Shown in pieces: positions 9,688 through 19,557 of a stretch of 64,000 bases of DNA (position 1 is the stretch's first letter; the number at the start of each line of letters is the position of its first letter). Source of the DNA: Actinomycetes bacterium (GTDB lineage Bacteria > Actinomycetota > Acidimicrobiia > Spongiisociales > UBA5794); NCBI GenBank assembly GCA_024638645.1, contig JAHEJX010000213.1:969-64968 (forward strand), read 5' to 3'. Made by a program: the position numbers and the translations under genes. The notes under the pieces were generated by a model. It was not told the DNA's origin, did no database searches, and saw only the letters and a list, made by a program, of their open reading frames with translations.

Positions 9688-11061
9688 CTACTGAATCGGA
9701 TACGGTCGACCAATGCCTTCGTAGGTCAGACCAGCGGCCCTGACTTCCTGGGGATCCAGGGCGTTACGCCCGTCGATGATGAGGTCGCCGCGCATGAGGT
9801 CCTTGACCGAGTTCCAATCGATCGACCTGAACTCGCTCCACTCGGTTACGAGAGCAACTGCGTCTGCGCCCGAGACTGCTGCTTCGAGTGTGGCGGCGAC
9901 TGTGACGGCGTCGCGCTCGATCTCTGCATGTTCGGAGAGGTGTTTGACCACGGGGTCGTAAGCAAAGACTTCGACACCGTCCTCGTAGAGAGTTTCCGCG
10001 ATGTGAAGCGCAGGGGCGTCGCGAACGTCGTCCGTGCCCGGCTTGAACGAGAGGCCGAGCAGCGCAACCTTGGCCCCCTGCGCTCCACCGAGGTGGCGGC
10101 GCAGCCGGCGAGAAACCTCACCGCGCTGTAGGTCGTTGACAGTGCGCGTGGCTTCGAGAAGTGGAGCCGAATATCCGAGCTCGCGGGCGGTGAGTGTGAG
10201 CGACGCCAGGTCCTTGCCGAAGCAAGAACCGCCCCATCCCAATCCTGGGCGAAGGAAGTGTGGCGAGATACGTTGATCTAATCCGAGGGCGGCCGAGATC
10301 GTCTCGACGTCGGCTCCGACGAGTTCGCAGATCTGAGCCATCTCGTTGATGAAGCTGATCTTCATTGCCAGGAATGAATTGGACGCGTATTTGATCAGCT
10401 CGGCGGAGGTGACATCAGTTCTCACAACAGTGGCCGATGAGTCGGGCAGCCCGGTCGGGTCGCCGGGTGGCAACTCCTGATCGAGGATTGGCTTGTAAAC
10501 CTCGAAGATCGCTTCGAGGGCCTCACTGTCGTCCGAGCCGAGGACGATGCGGTCCGGGTGCAAAAAGTCTCCCACCGCCGAACCGGTGCGGAGGAACTCC
10601 GGGTTGGAGACCACCGCAACACTTCCTTCGTTGCCGGCGGCTCGCATAGCCTTTTCGACATCGACCTGAACTCGAACGTTCGTTCCGATCGGCACCGTCG
10701 ACTTGGTGACCACGATGGTGCGTCCCGAAACAACCGCTCCCAAGTCAGCGGCGGCACGACGGATTGCTGTCAGGTCGGCGTCGCCGTTGCGATCCGACGG
10801 CGTGCCGACACAGAGAAACGCGATGTCGATGTCGCCTACTTCCTTGACTTCGGCAACGAAACGGATGCGGTTGTCGGCCCGTGCGATTTCCATCAGTTCG
10901 GCAAGCCCCGCCTCATGAACAGGGACCGCGCCGGCTTGGAAAGATGCGAGCTTCTCTAGGTCGCGTTCGACGGCGACGACGTCATGACCGAGGTAGGCGA
11001 GCGCCCCAGCAACGACGCCGCCCACATATCCGGTTCCGATGACCGCGATGGGTTTCTTCAA
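9688..11061 (-). CDS. ugd: UDP-glucose 6-dehydrogenase (nucleotide-sugar dehydrogenase family)
   Basis: N-terminal GxGxVG Rossmann motif (IAVIGTGYVGG), a catalytic Cys region (GWGGSCFGKD), and a length of about 450 aa. Confidence 0.85.
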   Translation of the reverse strand: MKKPIAVIGTGYVGGVVAGALAYLGHDVVAVERDLEKLASFQAGAVPVHEAGLAELMEIARADNRIRFVAEVKEVGDIDIAFLCVGTPSDRNGDADLTAIRRAAADLGAVVSGRTIVVTKSTVPIGTNVRVQVDVEKAMRAAGNEGSVAVVSNPEFLRTGSAVGDFLHPDRIVLGSDDSEALEAIFEVYKPILDQELPPGDPTGLPDSSATVVRTDVTSAELIKYASNSFLAMKISFINEMAQICELVGADVETISAALGLDQRISPHFLRPGLGWGGSCFGKDLASLTLTARELGYSAPLLEATRTVNDLQRGEVSRRLRRHLGGAQGAKVALLGLSFKPGTDDVRDAPALHIAETLYEDGVEVFAYDPVVKHLSEHAEIERDAVTVAATLEAAVSGADAVALVTEWSEFRSIDWNSVKDLMRGDLIIDGRNALDPQEVRAAGLTYEGIGRPYPIQ

Positions 11062-11195
11062 GTATTACTCCAGGTGATGTCGAGGATCTTGTCGGCAGGC
11101 TTGATCCGGATCGTGAGTTTATTGCCTCAGATTCCATGGCGAGCTCCGCAGCGGGCAGCTGCTGTTAGCTTCTGGCGCCAAAGCGAGACTCGAGG

Positions 11196-12146
11196 TTGCG
11201 AATGATTGGGAGAGCGGTTGTCACCGGTGGGGCGGGCTTCATTGGTTCACACCTGGTAACCAGACTGGTCGACGACGGAGCGGAAGTGCTCGTCATCGAC
11301 AACTTGACCTCCGGCAGGCTGGAACGCCTTGCCGAGGCGCGTGCGGTCGGAGGTGTGCATTTCCACCAAATGGACATCCGAGCCGACGAACTGCTCGAGA
11401 CGTTTGCGAAGTTTCAGCCCGACGTGGTTTTTCACCATGCGGCCCAGATCGACGTGAGGCGCTCGGTTGCCGATCCGGTGTTCGACGCGTCTGTGAATGT
11501 GGTGGGAACCGTCAACGTCTTGCAGGCCGCGGCGCAAGCTGGATCCGAGCGAGTCGTTTTTGCCTCGTCTGGCGGAGCCACTTTTGGCGATGTCGACATA
11601 TTCCCCACACCGGAGACAACGCCGCGTCGTCCCGAGTCGCCTTACGGTGTGTCCAAGAAGATCGCAGATGACTACCTCCGCTACTTCAAGGATGCTTTCA
11701 ATCTCGATTTTGTTTCGCTCGGCTATTCGAACGTTTACGGACCGCAGCAGGATCCACATGGCGAAGCGGGCGTCGTCGCCATCTTCACCATGAAGTTGCT
11801 CACAGGCGCGACGCCCACGATTTTCGGCGACGGGGGACAGCGTCGTGACTATGTCTACGTCGAGGACGTCTCTGACGCATGCATCAGGGCAGCCGAAGTA
11901 GGCGGCGGCGTCTACCTCAATATCGGAACCGGCCGCGAGACGAGCGTGCTCGAGCTGTACGAGATGTTGAGAAGCGAAGTCGGTGTCGATCTGGAGCCGG
12001 AGTTCGCGGCCGCCAAGGCCGGAGACATTCCGCGGTCGGTGCTCGATGCTGCGGCCGCCAAAGATCACCTTGGCTGGGAGGCCTGGACTTCGCTCGAGGA
12101 CGGTATTGCCGAAACGGTGGCGTGGTTCCGGGCGCATCAGGGGTGA
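11196..12146 (+). CDS. NAD-dependent nucleotide-sugar epimerase/dehydratase (GalE-like SDR)
   Basis: TGGAGFIGSH Rossmann motif and a YxxxK region; about 315 aa. Confidence 0.8.
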   Translation: MRMIGRAVVTGGAGFIGSHLVTRLVDDGAEVLVIDNLTSGRLERLAEARAVGGVHFHQMDIRADELLETFAKFQPDVVFHHAAQIDVRRSVADPVFDASVNVVGTVNVLQAAAQAGSERVVFASSGGATFGDVDIFPTPETTPRRPESPYGVSKKIADDYLRYFKDAFNLDFVSLGYSNVYGPQQDPHGEAGVVAIFTMKLLTGATPTIFGDGGQRRDYVYVEDVSDACIRAAEVGGGVYLNIGTGRETSVLELYEMLRSEVGVDLEPEFAAAKAGDIPRSVLDAAAAKDHLGWEAWTSLEDGIAETVAWFRAHQG

Positions 12147-12164
12147 AGAAGTATTGGGTATTAC

Positions 12165-13046
12165 TCAGAGCTCTTCGACGCTTGCCGGCCAATCGTCCTT
12201 GAGTAGGCGGCTCAGCGAGCGATCCGCCAGTACCCGGCCGTCGGTCTGGCACGTCGGGCAGTAGTTAGTTTCGCGCGACGAGTAAACGATGCGCTGCACC
12301 GGGGTGTCACATACGGGGCAAGGTTCCCCGAACTTCCCGTGAACCGACATCTTTGGATGGAAAGCAGTGACTTTCTCAGGAAACCCGGCGCCCGTCTCCT
12401 CGATCCGGATCTTCGTCCATTCATCGAGTGCATCGGTCGTCGCTGCGAATAGAGCTGTGATCTCTTCGTCGCTGAGATTGGTGTTCATCTGCAAGGGGCT
12501 GAGTTTGGCTGCGTGGAGGATTTCATCGGCGAAGGCACCCCCGATGCCCGCAATGAATCGTGCGTCCGTGAGTGCTCTTTTCAGCGTGTGGCGTTCGGCG
12601 AGTAGCGCCGCTTTGAAGTCGGCCTCCGTCGCATTCGTCAGTTCGATGCCGCCGGGATCCAAGTCATGGAGCGCCTCGTCGCCAACCACGATGTGCAGCG
12701 AGGCGCGCCGCTTGGTGCCCGCTTCGGTGAGCAGCAGAGTTCCGTCTGGGAAGTCGAAGGCGGCAAGCCCGTATTTGCGGGGCACTGCCTTGCCGGGAAG
12801 GTGCCAGTGGAGCCGGCCGGCAACCATGAGGTGTATTACAAGGTGCAGGTCCTCCTCGAGGTTGAAGACGATCCGCTTGCCGATTCGAGATAGCGACTCG
12901 ACCTTCCTGCCGACGGCCGCGTCCGGCGGCGGGTCATAAGTCTTCAGTAGTGAGAATGAAGTGACACGCAGACCGACGAGAGGCTCACCCAACACCCGCG
13001 GCTCGAGTGCGGCGATGTACGCCTCGATTTCTGGAAGTTCGGGCAT
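12165..13046 (-). CDS. Fpg/Nei family DNA glycosylase/AP lyase
   Basis: N-terminal MPELPEIE (catalytic Pro2, Glu3) and a C-terminal zinc finger CPVC...CPTC. Its start overlaps the cofE stop (ATGA). Confidence 0.85.
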   Translation of the reverse strand: MPELPEIEAYIAALEPRVLGEPLVGLRVTSFSLLKTYDPPPDAAVGRKVESLSRIGKRIVFNLEEDLHLVIHLMVAGRLHWHLPGKAVPRKYGLAAFDFPDGTLLLTEAGTKRRASLHIVVGDEALHDLDPGGIELTNATEADFKAALLAERHTLKRALTDARFIAGIGGAFADEILHAAKLSPLQMNTNLSDEEITALFAATTDALDEWTKIRIEETGAGFPEKVTAFHPKMSVHGKFGEPCPVCDTPVQRIVYSSRETNYCPTCQTDGRVLADRSLSRLLKDDWPASVEEL

Positions 13047-13744
13047 CAGCGAAACATGTCCTCGTGCGGCGGTCTGACCAGGTCGGTAGCTCGGCCCTTG
13101 GCCGGCTCCCAGCTGAATCCTCGGATCACAGCGGCCGGAATGCCGGTGGCTTTGCCCATGATCAAGTCGGCGGCAGCTGCGATTTCATCCACGACGGCAA
13201 TCTCGCTCACCTCGAGGACACGCCCGTACATGTCGGTAGTGCCGCGCAAGTCGTCGATGGGTGCCATTCCCGCTACCCCGATGGCCACGTCGGTGAGCCC
13301 TCTTCTCCACGCCCGTCCGAACGTGTCGGAGATCACGACTGCAATTGTTGCGCCCGAATACGTCTCCAAACGCGCCTTGATCTTTGCCGCCGATCGGTCG
13401 GGTCGATCGGGGAGGAGGACGATTCGATCGCCCTCGATATTCGACCGGTCCACCCCGGCATTGGCACAGATGAAGCCGTGTTTGGTCTGCGTGATCACGA
13501 GGTCGCCGCGCCGCCGAATGATGGCTGCCGCCTCTTCCTCCACCGTGGCGCGATATTCAGCCTCGGTCCCGGCGTTTGTCACCCTTCCTTCGGCTTTGGA
13601 CACGATCTTGTGGGTGACGACGACAATATCGCCATTGCGGAGATCACGGGGTGGCAACGCCTCCCACAGAATGTCCGCAACGTCGTCGCCGGCCACGACG
13701 TCGCCGATGCCGGTGATGGGGAAGATTTCAATCGAACTGCTCAA
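13046..13744 (-). CDS. cofE: Coenzyme F420-0:L-glutamate ligase (CofE), single-domain form; start assigned to TTG
   Basis: Motifs IEIFPI.G...GDD..., KIVSKAEGR and ANAGVD typical of CofE. The ORF-track N-terminal extension overlaps cofD and has no canonical start. There is no C-terminal nitroreductase domain. Confidence 0.75.
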   Translation of the reverse strand: MSSSIEIFPITGIGDVVAGDDVADILWEALPPRDLRNGDIVVVTHKIVSKAEGRVTNAGTEAEYRATVEEEAAAIIRRRGDLVITQTKHGFICANAGVDRSNIEGDRIVLLPDRPDRSAAKIKARLETYSGATIAVVISDTFGRAWRRGLTDVAIGVAGMAPIDDLRGTTDMYGRVLEVSEIAVVDEIAAAADLIMGKATGIPAAVIRGFSWEPAKGRATDLVRPPHEDMFR

Positions 13745-13787
13745 GAGAACCCTTTGTACTGGTTGGAATCTACCGAGCGGCCACGCG

Positions 13788-14720
13788 CTACCGAGGCGCG
13801 AGCCCGAGCACAAGCATGGCCAGGTCTTCAGCAGCGGCAGCCTCGCCGATGAGAGTCTGGGCAGGAATCGCTCCTGCGATGGAGTCGGCATCCGCCCGAT
13901 CGGACTCGTGGATCACGAGGTTGGCCAGCTGCAGCTCCCGGTATGCCTCGGCAATGCCCGCATTTGTAGGAGGAAGGCCAAGTCCCTCCATGACGGCCAC
14001 CAGCGGCCCTTTGACCGCTTCGCCACCGATCAGCGGTGAAACAGCGACCACACACTGGTGGCGCCGCACCGCGGCACGGATTTCCGTCAGGGCCAAGACC
14101 GGCCATATCGACAGCGGTGGATTGGACGGCGCAATCACCACGATGTCGGCACCGGCAATCGCCTCCACTACGCCGGGGGCAGGAGCCGCGGCCTCGGCGC
14201 CCCGGTACTCCAGGCCGGCAACCTGGTCCCGCTGGCCCCGCAACACGAAATAGTCCTGGAAGTCGAGAGTCTCACCAGCCGCAGTGAGGATCTTGGTGCG
14301 GACGGGATCGTTGCTGGCGGGGAGCACCGTGGCTTCGATTCCAAGCCGGATCGTGGCCCGGCGGGTGAAGTCGGTCAACGTGCCGTCCTCGTCGAGGAAG
14401 ATCGTGCGCGCCAAGCAGTGAGCCAAGTCTTGATCGCCGAGGCGGAAGCCGGTGTCGATGCCCATGGCAGCAAGGTGATCCATGACGTGATGAGTGTCGC
14501 CGGCGCGGCCCCAACCGTGCGGGCCCTCGACCCCGGCCAGCGTGTATGTGACGGTATCGAGATCGGCGCAAACCAGTGCGCCGTATATGCGGGCATCGTC
14601 TCCCACATTCACCACAACGGTCAGCTGTTCGGGCGCCACGACCCCAGCGAGGCCGCGGGCCATCCGAGCTCCACCGACTCCGCCGGCGAGCAGGACGGTT
14701 CGAAGATTGCGGTAACTCAC
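13788..14720 (-). CDS. cofD: 2-phospho-L-lactate transferase (LPPG:FO transferase, CofD/FbiA)
   Basis: CofD/UPF0052 signature (LAGGVGGAR...VVNVGDD, SNPPLSI..VL), about 310 aa, directly upstream of cofE. Confidence 0.85.
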   Translation of the reverse strand: MSYRNLRTVLLAGGVGGARMARGLAGVVAPEQLTVVVNVGDDARIYGALVCADLDTVTYTLAGVEGPHGWGRAGDTHHVMDHLAAMGIDTGFRLGDQDLAHCLARTIFLDEDGTLTDFTRRATIRLGIEATVLPASNDPVRTKILTAAGETLDFQDYFVLRGQRDQVAGLEYRGAEAAAPAPGVVEAIAGADIVVIAPSNPPLSIWPVLALTEIRAAVRRHQCVVAVSPLIGGEAVKGPLVAVMEGLGLPPTNAGIAEAYRELQLANLVIHESDRADADSIAGAIPAQTLIGEAAAAEDLAMLVLGLAPR

Positions 14721-14733
14721 GGACGCCTCCAGA

Positions 14734-17493
14734 ATGCTGCCAATGTCCTCTCATTCCCCGGGTCCTTCTTCAATCGCGGTCGTCGCCATCCTCACCGATG
14801 GCGACGCCTCGATCGACTCCACGCTAGAAGCAGTGGGGGCTCAGACGTATGCAGCCGCTGAGGTTCGGCTGGTCGGATCGGGCTCGAAATCGGTGGCCGA
14901 CGCATTGAGTATCAATTGGGATGGCGATATCCGCACCATGCTCGGCCACCTCGACGGCTCTGTCACCCATGTGTGGCTGCTGCGCGCGGGCTCCGTGCCG
15001 CGTCCGGATGCGCTTCACGCTCTCGTGTTCGAAGCAGCCAGGGTCGGTGCCGGCTTGGCCGGCTCCAAGCTCCTCGATGTGGACAACCCCGCCAGGTTGG
15101 TATCGGTTGGATTGGCAACGGATGTATTCGACGTGCCCTACATCGGCATCGACGACGACGAGCTGGACGCGGGCCAATATGACGTGGTCCGGGACGTAGC
15201 CGCCCTAGACGGCGACTCCCTGTTGGTGCGGCGGGATCTCTTCAAGGGTTTAGGCGGTCCGGACGCTTCCTTGGCGCCGCAAGCAAGCGCTATCGACTTG
15301 AGCCAACGAGCAAGGGCCATCGGCGCCAGAGTCGTTGTCGTGCCGAGTTCAGAGGTCGGCGTTCCGCCGCAGCGTGAGGCGCCGTTGTGGCGTGAGGAGG
15401 CGGGACGTATTCGAGCGATGCTCAAGGTGTACAGCCCCATCACCCTCGTCTGGGCGATCCCGGCTCGTATCTTGATCGGCCTGGTTGAGGCGCTCCTTGT
15501 TCCTCTGGTGGGTCGGTGGACCCTCTTCTCCTGGTTGCGGGCGTGGCTGTGGAACATCTTCAAACTGCCCTCGACGCTTCGGGCGAGGTCGGTGGCGCGG
15601 GGGGCTGCTGTGGCGGGTGACGCCGAGATCTTTCGTTATCAGGTGCGCGGGTCCGCCGCGCTGCGTTCGCTTTGGGGGGAGCTGGCGGACGCGGCTCGCG
15701 CTCGTTTCCCGGCTGAGGAACGCGGGGGAGTTGCCAGCCTCGCTCAAGAGGTGCGCCGACCCGCTTTCGGCATTGGACTGGCCGCATTCTTGTTCTCGCT
15801 GTTCGCCACCCGCTCCATTTGGGGAGGCTTCCCTGCCGGTGGCCTCAGCCTGCCGCTGCCGGACCGCGGTAGCGACGCTATCGCCGCGTACGCAGGCGGC
15901 TGGAACCCGGCCGGATTCGGCAGTGCCCAGACGTTGCCACCGTTTCTGGGTTTCGCCGGCGTGTGGCAGCGCATCTGGTTGGACAATCCCGACCTTGCGG
16001 CCGGTTCGCTTGTGCTCGTCTCCTTCGTGATGGGGATCTGGGGAATGGCCCGGTTGCTGCGCACTTGGTCGATCGATTCAGTCCCGGGGATCTTGGCCGG
16101 TCTGGCGTTCATGGCAGGACCGGCTACCCGCACAATTGCCGGGTCGGGTGACGTGGCCAACCTCATAGCTATTGCCGTCGTTCCGTGGGCCATGCGGGTT
16201 GTACTGGCCCCCTGGCCTGCTTCCTGGCCTGCTCGGCTTGGTCGAATCCTCTCGGTCGGATGGATCAGCGGCATCCTTGCGAATCTGAGCCCAGAGATGC
16301 TCTTGTTGCCGGTCGGGGCCGTCGCGCTGCTTGCGCTTCTGAGACCGAAGAGTGCGGCGACCTGGCTGGCGGTGCTCACCAGCGTTGTTGGAACAGTGAT
16401 CGGTTTGGTGATGCTCAGGCCCTGGGTGAGCGAAGTCGATTTCAATCAGTATCTGCGCGCAGGCGAGGCTTTCTGGGAGCCGGGCCTCGCGTTGGCTATC
16501 GCCGCGCTGGTCGCGGCGGCGGCCGCACTGTTGGCCGCGCCCGGCAGCTTGTGGCGAATCGGCCTCTGGGGGGCGCTCGCCGGTTCGGTTGGGTTCTTGA
16601 TGGCACGGACCGCGTCCGAGGGGGGCGGCCGCCACCTCGAGGCTCTCGGGCTCGCCGCCGTGTCGCTCGGCTCGGCGGTCGTCGTCGGTGTCCTATTCGA
16701 GTCGCTGCGCAGATCTCCCGAGATGACGACTACCGGAAAAGTCATTCTCCCCGCAGGCGCAATTGCTGGGTCGCTCCTGGTCTTGAGCTCGGTGCTTGTC
16801 CTCGCGCCCGGTCGAGCCGGACTGCCTGCCGATGAGTTGGCAGATGCCCTCCGCTTCACCGGCGCTTCGATCGACGATGAATCTGCTGCCCGTGTCCTAT
16901 TGGTCGGTCCACCAGGTTCGCTGCCCGGCACCGCCCGCACGGTTCGCGGCGCCGGGTATCGCGTGATCTCCGCGCCCACCCCCCGCCTTTGGGAGTCGGA
17001 GCTGCCAAGTCCCGGGCCGGCTGACGAGGCCCTGGCCGGAGTGCTCGAGGGCATCATCGAGGGGGGCGGCTTCCGGGCAGGTCAGCAGCTTGCAGAGTTC
17101 GGGATCAGGTGGATCATCGAGATGGACGCGACTCCGCTGACCTCGCGTTTCGAGCGCCAGCTCGATCTGATTCCTCTCGATGGTCTGCGCCGGACTGTTT
17201 TTCTCGTGGACACTGTCGATGCAGTTCGAGCGGTCTCGGCCAACGGCGATGCATGGGCGCAGCAGGGCACGGGCTTCACAGGAGTTGCGGCCACCTCGGT
17301 CCTTGTGAAGGAGCAAGCGCATCCAGGCTGGGGAGAAGATGCCACTCCCGATGAGTGGGCAATGACACTCGACGGGACCAGCGGCGAAGTTCAGTTTGCG
17401 GCTGACGAGTCAGCCCTTCGCCAGGCACGCCTTTCCCTTTGGATCGGGATCGGGCTGGCGCTCGGTTCGCTGCTGTTGAGGAGACGCCGATGA
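14734..17493 (+). CDS. Bifunctional membrane protein: N-terminal GT2-like cytoplasmic domain followed by more than 12 TM helices
   Basis: IAVVAI..DGD....TL GT2-like N-terminus with a DxD-like DGDS, then long hydrophobic stretches. This is the conserved actinobacterial neighbour of fbiAB. Confidence 0.55.
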   Translation: MLPMSSHSPGPSSIAVVAILTDGDASIDSTLEAVGAQTYAAAEVRLVGSGSKSVADALSINWDGDIRTMLGHLDGSVTHVWLLRAGSVPRPDALHALVFEAARVGAGLAGSKLLDVDNPARLVSVGLATDVFDVPYIGIDDDELDAGQYDVVRDVAALDGDSLLVRRDLFKGLGGPDASLAPQASAIDLSQRARAIGARVVVVPSSEVGVPPQREAPLWREEAGRIRAMLKVYSPITLVWAIPARILIGLVEALLVPLVGRWTLFSWLRAWLWNIFKLPSTLRARSVARGAAVAGDAEIFRYQVRGSAALRSLWGELADAARARFPAEERGGVASLAQEVRRPAFGIGLAAFLFSLFATRSIWGGFPAGGLSLPLPDRGSDAIAAYAGGWNPAGFGSAQTLPPFLGFAGVWQRIWLDNPDLAAGSLVLVSFVMGIWGMARLLRTWSIDSVPGILAGLAFMAGPATRTIAGSGDVANLIAIAVVPWAMRVVLAPWPASWPARLGRILSVGWISGILANLSPEMLLLPVGAVALLALLRPKSAATWLAVLTSVVGTVIGLVMLRPWVSEVDFNQYLRAGEAFWEPGLALAIAALVAAAAALLAAPGSLWRIGLWGALAGSVGFLMARTASEGGGRHLEALGLAAVSLGSAVVVGVLFESLRRSPEMTTTGKVILPAGAIAGSLLVLSSVLVLAPGRAGLPADELADALRFTGASIDDESAARVLLVGPPGSLPGTARTVRGAGYRVISAPTPRLWESELPSPGPADEALAGVLEGIIEGGGFRAGQQLAEFGIRWIIEMDATPLTSRFERQLDLIPLDGLRRTVFLVDTVDAVRAVSANGDAWAQQGTGFTGVAATSVLVKEQAHPGWGEDATPDEWAMTLDGTSGEVQFAADESALRQARLSLWIGIGLALGSLLLRRRR

Positions 17494-18881
17494 AGCTACT
17501 GAGTTCGGCACGGCTCGGCGGCCTCGGGGCTGCTGCCGCCCTCGTCCTCTTCGCTGTGAGCTTGCCGAAACCCCCCACCCCGGATGGCCCGGACTTTGCA
17601 GAGATCGTCGAAACGGACACCGAAGCTTCTGCTCAGCCGAGCGTCCTCTATTGCCCCTGGATCAATTCAGGCGCCACTCGCGACACGCGGGTTGTTGCTG
17701 CCTTCCTCGCGGACGTGGACGTCGTGTTCACTCATCCCGATCCTCGGGTCGGGGAGCCGCCGGACATCGGACAGCTCAATCTCGACGGTCCGGGAGCGGT
17801 CATTCAGGACATTGCGGAGATAGTCAACCGAGGCGATGCGCCGGGATTCATCGAGTTCTCCACCGGGCCGGCGACCGCCGCCTCAGTCGTGCGCGGCGAG
17901 GCGTCTTTGAGCGGCGACAGGTGCATCGGTTCCAGCCCGCGCCTGTGGCACATCGCCGGGCTCACAACGCGTGACGGCTACGACCTGACGCTGCGTTTGT
18001 TCAACCCATTCCCCGAGAATGCCAAGGTCCAGGTGCGAGCCGCCAGCGAGCTCGGGTCGGAGGCACTACCGGATCTTGCCGAGATCGACGTGGTCGGCCG
18101 CACGTGGACCGACATCGACGTTGCCGCCTCGATCCCCTTTCTCGACAACCTCGTGCTGACTGTCGGGACTGAGGAAGGGGTTGTCATCCCGACAGTGATC
18201 CAGCGGCTTGACAACGAGGAGGCCAACTGGAACGGCACAGGCTTGTCGACCGAGTGGCTTTTCCCGACCGCGGCGCTCGCCGGACTCAGCCCGCGGCTTT
18301 CGGTGTGGAACCCTGGCGAAGATCCGGTCGATGTGGAGGTTGACCTGTTCAGCCGCTCCGCAGGCTTCGGCTCCGTGTTCACCGGCACAGTCGAGGCGGG
18401 TCGCCCGATCGACTTTCCATTGGTAGACCAGTCGTCAGGTGCAGTCGGAGTCAGGGTCAGGGCAACCGGCCCAGTGGCCGCCGTTGTGGTGGCAGAGGAT
18501 GTACCTCCCGACACGCCAGGGGGTGAAGACGAGACCGTCGAACAGCCACCACGCCGCATTGCCGCTACCACTGGTTCGCCTGAGCCGGCGTTGCGGTGGT
18601 TGCTGCCGGGTGCAGGAGGCTTCCTCGGCGGCGATTCCTCACTGTGGCTGCTGAATACGTCGGCTGAGGCCGTCACGGTCACCGTGCAACCTCTTGGCCG
18701 TGCCGGGCTGGCGGCCGACAAGGTGAGGCTCGAGCCGACGTCCTTCCGCCGTATTCGGCTGACGCCCAACGCCAACATATTTGGATATCGCATCGAGTCT
18801 CTGATACCGATCACGGCTTCGTGGAGCCTGCAGAACGACGACGCAGTGGCTCTGTTCGCGGGCGTTGCATACGAGGAGTGA
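17490..18881 (+). CDS. Secreted/anchored hypothetical protein (DUF5719-like partner of the preceding GT), coupled by an ATGA overlap
   Basis: Signal/anchor MKLLSSARLGGLGAAAALVLFAV. The start overlaps the upstream stop. Confidence 0.5.
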   Translation: MKLLSSARLGGLGAAAALVLFAVSLPKPPTPDGPDFAEIVETDTEASAQPSVLYCPWINSGATRDTRVVAAFLADVDVVFTHPDPRVGEPPDIGQLNLDGPGAVIQDIAEIVNRGDAPGFIEFSTGPATAASVVRGEASLSGDRCIGSSPRLWHIAGLTTRDGYDLTLRLFNPFPENAKVQVRAASELGSEALPDLAEIDVVGRTWTDIDVAASIPFLDNLVLTVGTEEGVVIPTVIQRLDNEEANWNGTGLSTEWLFPTAALAGLSPRLSVWNPGEDPVDVEVDLFSRSAGFGSVFTGTVEAGRPIDFPLVDQSSGAVGVRVRATGPVAAVVVAEDVPPDTPGGEDETVEQPPRRIAATTGSPEPALRWLLPGAGGFLGGDSSLWLLNTSAEAVTVTVQPLGRAGLAADKVRLEPTSFRRIRLTPNANIFGYRIESLIPITASWSLQNDDAVALFAGVAYEE

Positions 18882-18882
18882 C

Positions 18883-19248
18883 GTGGATCCGCTCACCCGT
18901 GTCATCGTCGTTGTCGCAGTCGTAGCAATTGCGCTTGTGATCGCCCGGCTGTCGCGTCCGCTACAAAGTGGCGCCCATCCGCCCCTTTCGATCCCAGCCG
19001 GTGAGCTTCCCGCAGGTGTCGTGCTCTTCACCTCGACGGATTGCGATCAGTGTGCTGCCGCCCGGGCGGCGCTGAAGTCTGCCGGCGTTGCGTACCGAGA
19101 GGTAACTCACGAATTGGAGTCCAATCGCTTCGACCGATATGGCGTTCAAGGTGTTCCGCTTCTGGCGCTGCTGCTAGCCGACGGCACACAGACATACCTG
19201 GCAGCAGGGGTCCCGACAAGGCGGTCCATACGAGCGGTCAAAGCGTGA
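18883..19248 (+). CDS. Membrane-anchored glutaredoxin/thioredoxin-like protein (CxxC)
   Basis: N-terminal TM helix, then a FTSTDCDQC CxxC motif in a thioredoxin-fold context. A GTG start lies 4 nt after a GAGGAG RBS. Confidence 0.55.
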   Translation: MDPLTRVIVVVAVVAIALVIARLSRPLQSGAHPPLSIPAGELPAGVVLFTSTDCDQCAAARAALKSAGVAYREVTHELESNRFDRYGVQGVPLLALLLADGTQTYLAAGVPTRRSIRAVKA

Positions 19249-19293
19249 CGATCCTTGGCGTAACTTGTCGCGGCGCCTAGCGTTTCGGCTCCA

Positions 19294-19557
19294 ATGAGTT
19301 GTTGCCGCTGCCCCCAAAACGCCGACGCCTGGATGACGTTTGACTATGACGAACGGCACATCGAGATCGTCAACATCCCCGAGGCGTGGGATGGATACGG
19401 CGGTTACGCAATGTGTTCGCCGCATGCCAATCGGTTGCGGCCACCGGTCGGATGGGACCTGACTGACGCCCGCAACGTGGCGCTCCCACTCTTCCCGCCG
19501 GCAGCCTTTGCGAGGCACGCCGAAGTCACGGCGGCTCCGAGCAGCGACGTCGCATAG
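19294..19557 (+). CDS. DUF3499-family small protein, conserved in Actinomycetota near manB
   Basis: Cys-rich N-terminus (MSCCRCP) with a W-rich core. Its position between the glutaredoxin-like gene and manB matches the known synteny. Confidence 0.55.
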   Translation: MSCCRCPQNADAWMTFDYDERHIEIVNIPEAWDGYGGYAMCSPHANRLRPPVGWDLTDARNVALPLFPPAAFARHAEVTAAPSSDVA

